Part shown: positions 16,301-28,802 of the stretch, in pieces
Layout of the letters: each line of letters opens with the position of its first letter
Position numbering within the stretch: position 1 is the stretch's first letter
Assembly (NCBI RefSeq): GCF_009914755.1
Contig: NC_060933.1
Length of the DNA stretch: 64,000 nucleotides
Strand: one strand, 5' to 3'
From: the human T2T-CHM13v2.0 reference genome, Homo sapiens
The notes under the pieces: model-generated
What the model saw: the letters and a program-made list of their open reading frames with translations, nothing else
Told to the model about the DNA's origin: nothing
The model's database searches: none
Program-made: the position numbers and the translations under genes

Positions 16301-16425
16301 TCATTTTACAGTTTGTTAGCAGGCTGATTGAAGATGCAGGATTGATTGACCCAAGCCTTCTCAATAGCCTAAAGTTCTGTAGATGCCAATAGACAATGCA
16401 GTTAAGCCAAGTATAAGCTAAAAAA

Positions 16426-16620
16426 TATTCATCCAACCATCTATTCATGCAATAATCAAATATTTATTGAGCACCTCTAAGTAGCACTCACAGAATTTAC
16501 CTATATTAGAGAATAAATAGATATTGTTTCTATCTTCAAAAAGCCTATAGTCTAGGGAGGGACAGTGAAACATAAGCTTACAAGGTTATAATTACAAGTT
16601 ACATAACTCTGGAGAAAGAC
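16426..16620 (-). mobile_element. L2 3' end, degraded
   Basis: attcat...caaatatttattgagcacct...gcctatagtctaggg is the typical L2 tail in reverse orientation. Confidence 0.6.
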
Positions 16621-18792
16621 AGTGTGAGTGTCTAGTTGTTTTGAATAATACTGAAAGAAAGACATTATTCTAGTTGGAAGTACGTCACTATAGTCATGTT
16701 GATTAAAGGGAATAAAGACAAGATTCACAGACCTCTAGTGAGAACCAAAGGGAAGGATTCAATTATAAAAATTATCTATAAATTAAGAAGTCCACCACCA
16801 AAAATAATGAAAAGAAACACAACAATATGTTAAAATTTTGGGATGTGCTTGGTTAAACTAATTCTGTACTTAGAATTTTAACGTTTTGTTATTTCATAAC
16901 TTCTTTAATATAATTCCTCTAAATAGTTATAAGGCTGGTGGAATTCAAAATATTATAGCAAGTTCAAGTACTAAACAATAGTGCAACATATTCTTTATGA
17001 CAAAAGAAAGCACTAACGAGAAATAAAATTGCTCCATGAATAACCCAAATGTGCGGCCCAAATGTGTGGCAGAGAAAAAGACCTAACCTTTTCCAGTGCT
17101 TTACGTAATAGAATATCCCTGTAGCACCAGTGGAAATGGGAGTCAGTGAGTGTCACAACATTTAAGTGACAGGTACAAGAGTATATATTATTTATATTAA
17201 TTTCAGCCATCACAAAAGAACCATGTTAAGCTTATGAGCATCATTTTTTTTCACCAGACGTTTGACAAGAGACCACAACTGATGTTTCTTATTTTTAAAA
17301 ATAAAACTATGAGGCTATTTTTACTAATTAGTCAAATTAGCTGATTTTCAATAGAGGAAGAAGATGTAGACCATTTGGTCAGGCCACAAATAAGTGTTTC
17401 CTAAACTTTCTCATTCCCCAGCTGACGCATAGATGCCCTCAATACATGTACAGGAATAAAAGAGAGAAAGAAAATATAAGAAGATGAATAGGAAGATATA
17501 GTAAGAAAGAAATGTCAAGTATTTGGAGAACCTAAGGCATTATTATTATTACTAAGTAACAGAGGTATGACTGTGGCCAAGAGGGAGGAAAGGAAGGAAA
17601 AATATTCTAAGAGTCAAATCCATATCTTTAATTATCAGGTTCATAAATAACCCAAAGTGATAACTGCATTTAGGTGTATGTAGTATATGTATTATGCTAA
17701 TAGTATTGGAAACAAAAGATGCATACAACTTAAAAAATAAAAATGTTGGAAAATATAGAAAAATATGAATAAAATGAATGTGGATATAGTTATATAGCAC
17801 ATGACAATCTTCCAAGGAATCTCTCTTGATATCAGAAGCATACTGACAAAATATTCATGTAACATAAAGAATATGTCTTTATTTTTCTTACTTTTAGACA
17901 GCACTAAATTTGTGGCAAGGACATTCATGGAAACATAGCACAGCTAGATGTCTTAGTGAAGTTTCTGAATGTTTAAACATTTAAGATTGTGGCCTCCTTA
18001 GTGTGAGAGCCTGATTCATTTTGGCAGTTGACAGTTTGTTGGCAGTTTACACTTGGTGAGTGCATCTGACTCTGTCAGTCTGTTTCCACGAGCTACCTAC
18101 CTGTCACACTGTAAGTGGCCTTTCTTCCACATTCACAAAGTTTGTCTTTTTTGTATTTTATTCGTCATGAAGATTTAAAGTGACTGCATGTGAAAGGCCA
18201 CGTAATCATTCTTTGTGATGACACCAGGTCTCTACTGTTGATATCAAAACATCATAAATGTAATACTAAGAAAAAACAGACTAGTCCAGAATGTTTCTAT
18301 AAGTTATAGCGTAGTACTGAATGGACATTGAAAATCAGTCACACGGTTGAAAGTTGTGGTTTTTGCCTTTTCCCTAAGAGTCTATTCTTCCACAATAAAA
18401 GTGACAAAGAAAAAAAAGATGCAAATATACATGGAGAAACAATTGTTCATAATTCTAGAGTTGGATTTATTATTATTAACTCTCCCAAGCAAACTGTGAA
18501 AGTGCATTTTTGTGATCCAGAGAACTGTTATATGATAAAAACAGTGAAACAGAAGGAGAATTCTGATATCCTTGTGATGGCATTACTAGGAAAGTTGGAC
18601 ATAGCTTCGGTGACTCCAATTACAGGCTGTATTATGAAGGCTGGCACAACGCCATGCGAGAAAAGGCTCAAAGAAGAAAGATAAGTCATCGGAAAGCCCT
18701 TGGGTCACTACAGAGAAGAAATCTTATTCCTCTACAACACAGCCTGCAAATACACAAGAACAGTTGCATACTGTAGATGGCACCTTGACTAG

Positions 18793-19195
<403 letters not shown>

Positions 19196-19581
19196 TAATG
19201 ATACATATTGTACCACACAAAAGCTGGGAGGTATAGCAAGGGTAAAGAAGGGAGGTGTAACCTCAAAATTAACCTCTCACCTAATTAATCTTGCATGAAT
19301 GTAATTCCTTAGTCTTGGTAAATCTAATAGAAATTCCTCTCTGAAAGCTTTTAAAGTGCCTTCCCTAGCACATAATTGGAGGATTGTGAACAGATATATG
19401 ATTTTCATTTCACCAACACGTAGATTAGTAAGGTTCTTCTTTCCTTTGAATAGAAATGTTTCCACAGAAGTTAAGGTTGTTAGTTAAAAACACATGAAGA
19501 TATTTTTAGTACTCTCGAGGAACTCATAAAAAGTTAAAACAAAAAGATGTATCATGGCTAAAAATAAATGCTTAACAAGCC

Positions 19582-19933
19582 TTTTTTTCTTTTCTTTCAT
19601 TTTTTTTCTTTCTTTCTTTTTCTTTTTTTTTTTTTTTTTTGAGACAGATTGTCTCTCCGTTGCTCATGCTGGCATGCAGTGGCGCCAACACAGCTCACTG
19701 CAACATTGGCCTTCCAGCTCAAGCGATCCTTTCACTTCAGCATCCTGAGTAGTTAGGACCACAGGCATGCCCCACCGTTTCCAGCTAATTATTATTATTA
19801 GTAGTAGTAGTGGAGACTAGTTCTTGCTATGTTGCCTAGGCTATTCTCAAACACCTACACCTACCTCAAGCGATCCTCCTGCCTTGGGCTCCCAAAGTGC
19901 TGGGATTACAGGTGTGAGCCACCATATCTGGCC
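19582..19933 (-). mobile_element. AluJ
   Basis: Diverged Alu with cagctcactgca and ctcaagcgatcct J-type features; T-rich tail. Confidence 0.93.
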
Positions 19934-21119
19934 CACAGTCATTGTTTAAAAAGTAAATGGTCAGAGCTCTTAATCAAAGGTTAATATTAATATTGGAGGA
20001 ATATTCGAGCATTCAACAGACCAGGTAACCATTATTTGGTAATATCAAGTGACTGCTGTGTGTCAACTACATGCCAGGTGTAGGAAGAGTTACTTCTATG
20101 AGAATTATTTTTTTAATACTGAAATGCATTAAATATTAAATTATTATTAAATTATTAAGATTAGAAATATTTTGCTCTAAGAAGATAATTGAAAAATAGA
20201 AATTGTAGTTTTTTACTAACTGAATTATTAGTCTGCAGTTAAGTATTAAAAATAAAACTGATAAAGATTCTACCAATAAATAATTTATTACTGCCAAGGG
20301 AAATATTATTAAAATTGAAATTGAGGATTCTCAAAAAAGTGGTAAAACAATGTACCAGGAAGTATTTTATTGTAAAATTGAAAGCTATACTAAGAGAAGA
20401 GCTAAATTAGTTTGCTTCAACACAAAAAAATTATCAACAAAAAGCCACTCATTTAAAAATTAAAAGTCTGAAAATTACTTCAAGCAGGCAATAAAAACTA
20501 TACAAACTGTCAGCTAAATTTTATTATAATTAAGCAAGAATATAAAACAAAAAAGTTAAGAATTCAAGCACAAATCACAAAATGTCAATTATTTAAATGT
20601 GGAGGATGGCAAGGAGACTGAAATCTTTCTAGACCTCTATCATTAACAAAACACCGAATATATTCATTTGAAAACCATATATCAGAGAAGGGGCTTAGAA
20701 TACATACACTTTGATGATTCTGATAGATTATTCTGTAGTATCAGAACAGTTCAGAAGTTTTGCCCTTGGTTTGTTTTTTCATACATGCGTTTTCTCAAGG
20801 ACTTCTTAATGGTACAGACAGAATACAAAATGCTGTTTCCACAAACAGAACCTACTATAATATGAACACAACTGTAGTTATGTTCATATTATATATGACA
20901 GGTAGAAAATGGAGGAAATGAAGGAGTACAAAAAAATAAGACAAAGGAAACATAGGAGAAATTTAACCAAGATTGGGGATTTTAAACTCTCCGTAGCCAG
21001 GAACATTTGCTGAGATTTTAAGTAAACTATAACTACATATTTTTAGTAAACTATAGAGTAACCATCACAATGTCAGGGCCTGTTCGGTTGCTTATTGAAG
21101 GAGGACCACAAAATATCTA

Positions 21120-21437
21120 TTGTTTGTTTGGTTTTTGTTTTGTTTTTTGAGATAGGGTCTTGCTCTGTCACCCAGGCTGGAGTACAGTAGCATGATTATC
21201 ACTCACTGCAGTCTTGAATTCCTGGGTTTAAGTGATTCTCCTGCCTTGGCCTCCAATGTAGATAGTGTTACAAATGTGCCACCACACCTGGCTTTTTTTT
21301 TTCTCTTTTAATTTTTTGTAGCAACCGGGTCTTCATAAAAGTTGCCCAGGCTGTCCGGAACTCCTGACCTTAAACAATCTTCCTGTCTCATGCACTCAAA
21401 GCACTGGGATTACAGGCTTGAAACACCATGCCCAGCC
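21120..21437 (-). mobile_element. AluJ
   Basis: Antisense Alu; perfect TSD cacaaaatatct at 21107-21118 and 21438-21449. Confidence 0.95.
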
Positions 21438-22209
21438 CACAAAATATCTTATAATAAATTCTTAGAAGGGAGTAGATCTAAGAAACACAATTGGAAGGTC
21501 TCTTGGTTCCTAAATGACCTCTGATTTCACATTCAGGTTCTCAGCAAAGCAGGAATCATTGCCATGATCTTTATAAATTATCGTTTAGTTTCTGTTTAAA
21601 CTAATTAGTCATTCAGCTATATATGACAAGATTGGAAAATTTTAGTTACTGACATTTTAGCGAGTTAAGCCTTATTTTGACTAAAACTATATCTTAATGT
21701 GACTTTTCATCCTTGTTTTATTTTGAGCTAAAAAATTCTAATTACCCTCAGATGACATCCTTGAAATATTTGGAAATGTGTCCTTTCCAAACTTAATATC
21801 TTTCATTATTTTCTATAGTTTTTCAGTGGATTATTTGTGAATTCAGCTCAGATAACATATTGAATTGCCATACACAAAGAACATCACATTTTAAATTACA
21901 TTTTAAATAAACTGAAGATGAAATTATAAAAACAAATTCAAAATGGTATTATACTCTTCAGCTATTATGAACCAGTTTTATTAAATCAATTTTATTCTAA
22001 GAAAAAGTAAAAATTCAGAATATATCTCTCCGTCTTTCTTTCTCTTTGTGTGTGTTTGTGTATACAGATGTGTGTTCATATATATACACAAACACACACA
22101 TATATACACACATTTACGTATATACACACAAATCTATATAAAAGCAAAGAGGATTTAAAGGACAAGATGACCATGTGGAGAGAAAAGAAACATAGCTAGC
22201 ATAGGAGCC

Positions 22210-22628
22210 TGTTGGTGATTATAAAAATGCCCCTCTGAGATTTTTTGCTAAAGGGAGAATAACTGATCATTCTAACTTCTGCTTTTATCAATTTATCATG
22301 GCATTTATGCTGAAGACACTCATATAATAGGCCAATTTCAGCCAATTACTGAACATGGCAGAGATATTAATTCAGGCCAATTAGTGTAAGTCTTGAGGAC
22401 TCCACATCAGACTACACGAAATATTTTTATAACTGTGGTATAGCCTGAGCTCCTTCCTACACAGCTCTCCACCCTTCCCTTTCTTTCTCACAGGAGTTAG
22501 ATCCAAAGGATCCCTCCACCTTCTTCAGTACCCACCCCCTTGCTTCGCAAACATTCTAGCCAATGTATTCGTTCAGTGCCTGATCTTGTCTTTTTGTCTG
22601 ATTCTTGGATGATCCAAGCTAAGAGCCC
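22210..22628 (+). mobile_element. Ancient ERVL LTR, LTR16-like
   Basis: gctccttcctacacagctctcc...ctttctcacagg and a 3' end resembling recalled LTR16; heavily diverged. Confidence 0.5.
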
Positions 22629-22730
22629 CATATTCAATACCACATTTCTCCTCAATTTGTAGGTGAAGGCTAAGAGATTAATTACAGCTTTCACCAGTCT
22701 CCCAGGGCTAGAAAGAAAAAAAAAAAAAAA

Positions 22731-23225
22731 AGGTTTGTCACTTGGGTAAATTGTGTGTCACGGGAGTTTGGTGTACAAATGGTTTCATCACCCAGTTAGT
22801 GAGCATAGTACCCGAGAGTTAGTTTTTCAACCCTTGCCCTCCTTTCTCTCTCCCCCCTCTAGAAGTCCCCAGCTTCTATCACTGCCAGCTTTACGTCCAC
22901 ATTGCCCAATGATTAGCTCCCACTTATAAGTGAAAACATGCTGTATTTGATTTTCTGTTTCTGTGTTAATTCATTTAAGATAATGACCTCCAGCTACATC
23001 CATGTTGCTGCAAAGAATATGATTTTGTTTTTTTATGGCTGCACAGTATTCCATAGTATATATGTACCACATTTTCTTTACCCACTCCACCACTGATGAG
23101 CAAGTAGCTTGATTCTATGGCTTTGCTATTGTGAATAGTGCTTTGATGAACATATGCACTCATGTATCTTTATGGTAGAACCATTTATATTCCTTTGGGT
23201 ATACAACTGGTAATAAGATTGCTGG
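22731..23225 (-). mobile_element. L1PA15/16-like 3' fragment
   Basis: ggtaaattgtgtgtcacgggagtttggtgtacaaat 3'UTR type followed by ORF2 C-terminal sequence. Confidence 0.85.
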
Positions 23226-23878
23226 TTTATCTACTTCATTATCCTACTACCACACACTCTCAAAGGATTTCTCAGACAATTTGTAAGAAATAACGAAATC
23301 TATCCTTACTTTACAATCCCAAATAGACTCTGGCAGCAGTGACTCTCCAAAACCGCCGAGGCCTAGACCTCCTCACTGCTGAGAAAGGAGGACTCTGCAC
23401 CTTCTTAGGGGAAGAGTGTTGTTTTCACACTAACCAGTCAGGGATAGTAGGAGAAGCCGCCCAGCATTTACAGGAAAAGGCTTCTGAAATCAGACAATGC
23501 CTTTCAAACTCTTATACCAACCTCTGGAGTTGGGCAACATGGCTTTTCCCCTTTCTAGGTACCATGGCAGCCATCTTGCTGTTACTCACCTTTGGGCCCT
23601 GTATTTTTAACCTTCTTGTCAAATTTGTTTCCTCTAGAATCGAGGCCATCAAGCTACAGGTGGTCTTACAAATGGAACCCCAAATGAGTTCAACTAACAA
23701 CTTCTACTGACAGCCCCTGGACTGACCCACTGGCCCTTCCACTGGTCTAAAGAGTTCCCCTCTGGAGGACACTACAACTGCAGGGCCCCTTCTTTGCCCC
23801 TATCCAGCAGGAAGTAACTAGAGCGGTCATCGGCCAAATTCCCAACAGCAGTTGGGGTGTCGTGTTTAGAGGGGGAAT
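23226..23878 (+). pseudogene. env: HERV9 (ERV1) internal remnant: env TM subunit and polypurine tract
   Basis: ORF 23339-23710 has immunosuppressive domain LQNRRGLDLLTAEKGG, CX6CC (CTFLGEECC) and a hydrophobic anchor; upstream stop (23284-23286) and frameshift; PPT agagggggaa before the LTR. Confidence 0.92.
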
Positions 23879-24920
23879 TGAGAGGTGAAGCTGGCTGGGC
23901 TTCTGGGTCATGTGGGGACTTGGAGAACTTTTCTGTCTAGCTAAGACAAAGGGTTGTAAATGCACCAATCAGCACTGTGTGTCTAGCTAATTGGGTGGGG
24001 ACTTGGAGGACTTTTCTGTCTAGCTAAAGGACTGTAAATGCACCAATCAGCGCTCTGTGTCGAGCTAATCAGGTGGGGATTGGAGAAATGTTCTGTCTAG
24101 CTAAAGGATTGTAAAAGCACCAATCAGCACTCTGTGTCTAGCTAAAGGTTTGTAAACACACCAATCAGCACTCTGTGTCTAGCTAATCTGGTGGGGACCT
24201 GGAGAACTTTTCTATCTAGCTAAAGGATTGTAAATGCACCAATCAGCACTCTGTAAAACAGACCAATCAGTACTCTGTAAAACGGACCAATCGGCACTCT
24301 GTAGAATGGACCAATCAGCACTCTGTAAAATGGACCAATCAGCAGGATATGGGTGGGGCCAAATAAGGGAATAAAAGCAGGCCACCCAAGCCAGCAGCAG
24401 CAACCTGCTTGGGTCCACTTGCACACTGTGGAAGCCTTGTTCTTTTGCCCTTCACAATAAATCTTGCTGCTGCTCACTCTTTGGGTCTGAGCCACCTTTA
24501 TGAGCTGTAACACTCACCACAAAGGTCTGCAGCTTCACTCCTGAAGTCAGCAAGACCACCAACCCGCTGGGAGGAACAAACAACTCCAGACGCACTGCCT
24601 TTAAGAGCTGTAACATGCACCGTGAAGGTCTGCAGCTTCACTCCTGAAGTCAGCGAGACCACGAACCCACCGGGAGGAATCTACAACTCCAGACGTGCCA
24701 TCTTTATGAACTGTAACACTCACTGCGAAGGTCTACAGCTTCACTCCTGAAGTCAATGAGACCACGATCCCACCAGAAGGAAGAAACTCTGGACATGTCT
24801 GAACATCAGAAGGAACAAACTCCGGATGCACCATCTTTAAGAACTGTAACACTCACTGCGAGAGTCCGTGGCTTCATTCTTGAAGTCAGCAAGACCAAGA
24901 ACCCATCAATTCTGGACACA
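23879..24920 (+). mobile_element. LTR12-family 3' LTR of HERV9
   Basis: tgagaggtgaag...tctggacaca termini; tandem U3 repeats; four ~100-bp repeats in the 3' half (ctgtaacactcac...cttcactcctgaagtc). Confidence 0.95.
23960..24380 (+). promoter_or_regulatory. LTR12 U3 enhancer/promoter: nine CCAAT boxes, GC/GT-box-like element, AATAAAA TATA-like box
   Basis: Nine ccaatc(a/g)g motifs at 23965-24340, gggtggggcc at 24351, ggaataaaagc at ~24369; activity not shown. Confidence 0.7.
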
Positions 24921-26965
24921 AAACTTTCTCTAAGAAAGGCCATGTGGTGGTCTTCTAGACAAATACTATTATACAGAACTACTGTCTTAAAGATGTAGTT
25001 TAAGACATCCTTAAAAACTGAAAGACCCTGTGGAGAAAGTCAAGAAAACAGTGTAGGAACAAATATAAATTTGTTCATACATTTGTAAATGTACACTTAC
25101 AAAATGTAAATATAAATAAAGAAATAAGAAACTTAAAAAGCAACCAAAAATTTCTGGAGCTGAAAAGTGCAATAACTGAAATGAAATACTCCCTAAAGGA
25201 ATTCAAAGGCATATTTAGGCAGACAGAAGAATTAGTGAACTTGAATATAAGACAATTGAAATTAAGGAGTATAAAGAACAAAAATGATTGAAGAAAAGTG
25301 AACAGAATCTAAGGTGCCTGTAGGACACCATCAAGCAGACCAACATACACATTCTGGGATTCCCAGAAGAAAAAATACAGAAAAAGGAACAGAAGAACTA
25401 GTTAAAGAAATAATAGACAAAAACTTCCCAAAGTTGGTGAAAGATGAATATAATCATCCAAGAGACTCAGTGAACTCCAAGATGATGAATTCAAACAAAC
25501 CAATACCAAGGCATTGTAATCAAATTATCAAAAGACAAAGACAGAGAGAGAATATTTGAAGGAGCAAGTCAATAGTGGCTCATCACATAACAAGGGACCA
25601 TCAACAAGATTGTCAACAGATTTCTCATCAGAATTTTTGCAGGCCAGAAGTCAATGGGCTGATAATTCAAAATGCTGAAAGAAAAAAAAAATAAAGGGAT
25701 CCGCCAAGAATCCTACATTTGGCAAAACTGTTTTTCAAAGGTGAGGGAGAAATGAAAATATTTCCAGATAAACAAAAGCTGAGGGAATTTTTTTAGCATT
25801 ATACATCCCCTGCAAGAAATCTAAAAGACTGTCATGAAAGGAACTTAGAGAACCTAGCTCAATTGTCCTATAAAACTGATTTTTATGGGTTTTTTTTAAA
25901 TAAACATAGAAATGGACTCCCCTCATCTTAAAACTTTATAAAGTTACATTTGTCTTATCTGAGTTCCTTTCTCAGGAAACCAACCATCAGGCCTCCCAGC
26001 CAGTGTGAAGGAACAGAAACTTAGCAGATCGCCACATCTGGACAATGAGGCACTAGACACCTCATCATGACTGCCTAACCAACTACCTGCTCTGGTTGAC
26101 CAATTTCTCTTCCTTACCCCTCCCTGATTCCTGCTTTCCCCACACATGGTTAAATTTATTTCCTGCTGTATAAATCCTCAATTTTAGTTGGTCAGGGAGA
26201 TTGATTTTAGATTGATTTTCCATCTCCTTGATTGAAGTAGTTGATTAAAGCCTTCTTCACTGGCAACACTCATTCTCTCAGTGATTGGCTTTCTGTTCAG
26301 TGACCAAATGGACCTGGACTGAATCCCTGACTTTAGACAGTAACTTAAAGCCATATGAATAAACATAGATGTGAGTAAAGATAAATACATTGACAGTTAT
26401 AAAATCAAGTATTAATTTAATATTGGTTTATAATTACACCTTTGTTTTCTACATGATGTAACAGGCCAATAGTTTTTTAAAAAACTACTTTTAGTTTAAA
26501 AATTAGAATTATTGTAACTTCAGTTGGTAGCTGCACTTTTTTTCTATGTAATTTAAGAGATTAGTGTATTGAAGGACAATCATTACTGTATGTATTTAGA
26601 TACACAATGTATAAAGATGTAATTTTGTAACATCAATAACTGAAAGTTGGTGGGGACAGAGCTGTATAGAAACAGAGTTTTTGTATATTCTTGAAGTTAA
26701 ACTAGAGTAAATTCACGTTGGAATCAAACATTGAGACATTACATGTAATTATCATTGTGCCTACACAAGAAAATAATATTAAATTTAGACAAAAGGGATT
26801 AAAACAGTTCATTGCCAAAAAATATCTAGACACAAAAGAAAAGAATAATGTAGAAAATTAGGTATGAAAATACTGTAAGGCATATACAAAATAAACAGAA
26901 AAATGACACAAGACCCCTTTTATCAGTAATTGCTTAAATGTAAATGGATTAAACTTTCCAGTCTT
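24921..26965 (+). mobile_element. Old L1M ORF1 and inter-ORF region, interrupted by an LTR
   Basis: ORF1-like remnants (aaatttctggagctgaaaagtgcaataactgaaatgaaa; gatttctcatcagaa...aggccagaag). Confidence 0.8.
25848..26345 (+). mobile_element. ERV1 solo LTR, MER72-like
   Basis: ataaacatagaaat...gttacatttgtcttatctgagttcctttctcaggaaac...gattaaagccttcttc...ctcagtgattggctttctgt; subfamily uncertain. Confidence 0.65.
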
Positions 26966-27110
26966 TTTGTAAAATGAAAAGAGTTCTGGAGATGGTTGAT
27001 GGTGATGGTCACACAACAACATGAATGTATTAATACAACTGAAGTGTATACTTAAAAATAGTTACTAGGGTAAATTTTATGTGATGTGCGTTTTACCCCA
27101 ATAAAAATGT
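26966..27110 (+). mobile_element. L1MB 3' terminal fragment
   Basis: gttctggagatggttgatggtgatggtcacacaaca...gtaaattttatgtgatgtg...aataaaa. Confidence 0.7.
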
Positions 27111-28549
27111 GTTATTCAAAAAAAGGAGGCAAATGAAAACATTTTCAAAAAGTCAAAATCTGAGCAAAAATTTTTACCGGCAAACTTGTACTTATAGAAT
27201 TATCAAAAGGAGTGCCTCAGGTAGGGGAAAACTGACTGTAGATTCCAGGTCAAAAATGAAGGAGAAATAAAGAGCTGTGAAAATGGCAATTATGTGATGA
27301 AATTTAAATAAGATTATCTGCCTAAAACAGAAGCTATGATACATTTGTAATTTTAGATCTTTACATTTTATCATATTACACTACAGACAGAAAAACACAA
27401 CTAAAAATAAGCCAATATTATTACATCAGTTTAGAGGAGGTTAAATGTGTTCAGTATTTGTAAGATCTTCCCGTTAACTATTGAGTGATTACAATTACTT
27501 ATTTATGTTAAATTGTAATAGGTTAAAATTCCACATTGTAATATATAGGGTAAACCTTACATGGATGGAAAAGAATGAGTACATAATAAGCTACAAGAGG
27601 GGTAAGTGGATAATTAAATCAATTAATTTAAAAGCAATAAAAAGAAAAGAACAAGGAAAGAAATATAGAACAGGTTGTATAAAGAGAAAACTTACAGTAA
27701 ATGGCACATTTAAATTGATATTTATTAGTAATTACCCCAATTAAGCAACAATAATCAGACTCAATTATACAGAAAGAAAATTATCTATATGTTGCTTAAA
27801 AGAGTACATACCTTAAATAGTATTTAAGATGGTTTTATATTTGAGGCTTTAAAATTTTCAACATTTCAGTGCAACAGATATTTGTTGAAGGCCCAACATG
27901 GTCCAGGCTCACAGGTTTACAAATATACAAGGCTAAAAAACAACTTAGCTCCGTTTCTTCCCATAACTTTTTCTAAACTTAAAATGTCGAGAATGAAATT
28001 TAGATACATGTTTTTAATTATATCAACAAATTAAATGGATTTTATTTAAATTAAATTTCCATTTGAACTCTTTTGGACGGTCATATATATGCTCAAAATA
28101 TATTCCTGTGATTCTATTTTTGAACACTGCAGGTAGCTTATTTAAGCAGATTTAACATGGATGAAGCAATTTGCAACATATGTTCAGTGCAGTGTGGCTT
28201 TCCTCCAGGGTGAAAATGTCAACATAACATAACAACTTTTTGGAAAAACAAAAAGTGAACTTTTATTGTTTCCAGGCAGACATAAATATCATAGGCAGTG
28301 TAATGACAGATTAATAGATCAGCAAATAGTGGAGAAAATAGATCATTTTTATATTTGACCTGTCCTGCACATCCTTTCTTAATTTCCCGGTTGTGCCAAA
28401 ACATATTTTTTAGATTGAAAAATTAATACAGTTATTCATTGTAATCACTGTGCATTACACAATGTGATATTAGGATGCTGACATGATTTTAAGGTGTAAA
28501 GCAGAGATGATTTCATTTTTTAGAAACAGGAGGATTGTTAGGTTATTTT

Positions 28550-28802
28550 CATATGCATTAATAATATTTCATATAAATTCATATCTATGTGTATATGTAT
28601 GCATATATTCACATGCTTCCATGTATATATGAATACATATATACATATAAGCACACTTATGTATACATATGGGTATTTATAATCAAATAAGTACATATAT
28701 TAAAATGCATATGAATATATTAATATACAAACATACAAAAATACATATACATATACATCTGTATATACACACACACATCTGTATATATTTAGATATATAT
28801 AC
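28550..28802. repeat. TATACA-type low-complexity tract
   Basis: Degenerate TA/CA alternation. Confidence 0.75.

Noticed and set aside
18328-18684. 118-aa ORF in unique sequence
   Set aside because: TTG start, no recognisable domain or supporting splice structure; compatible with chance
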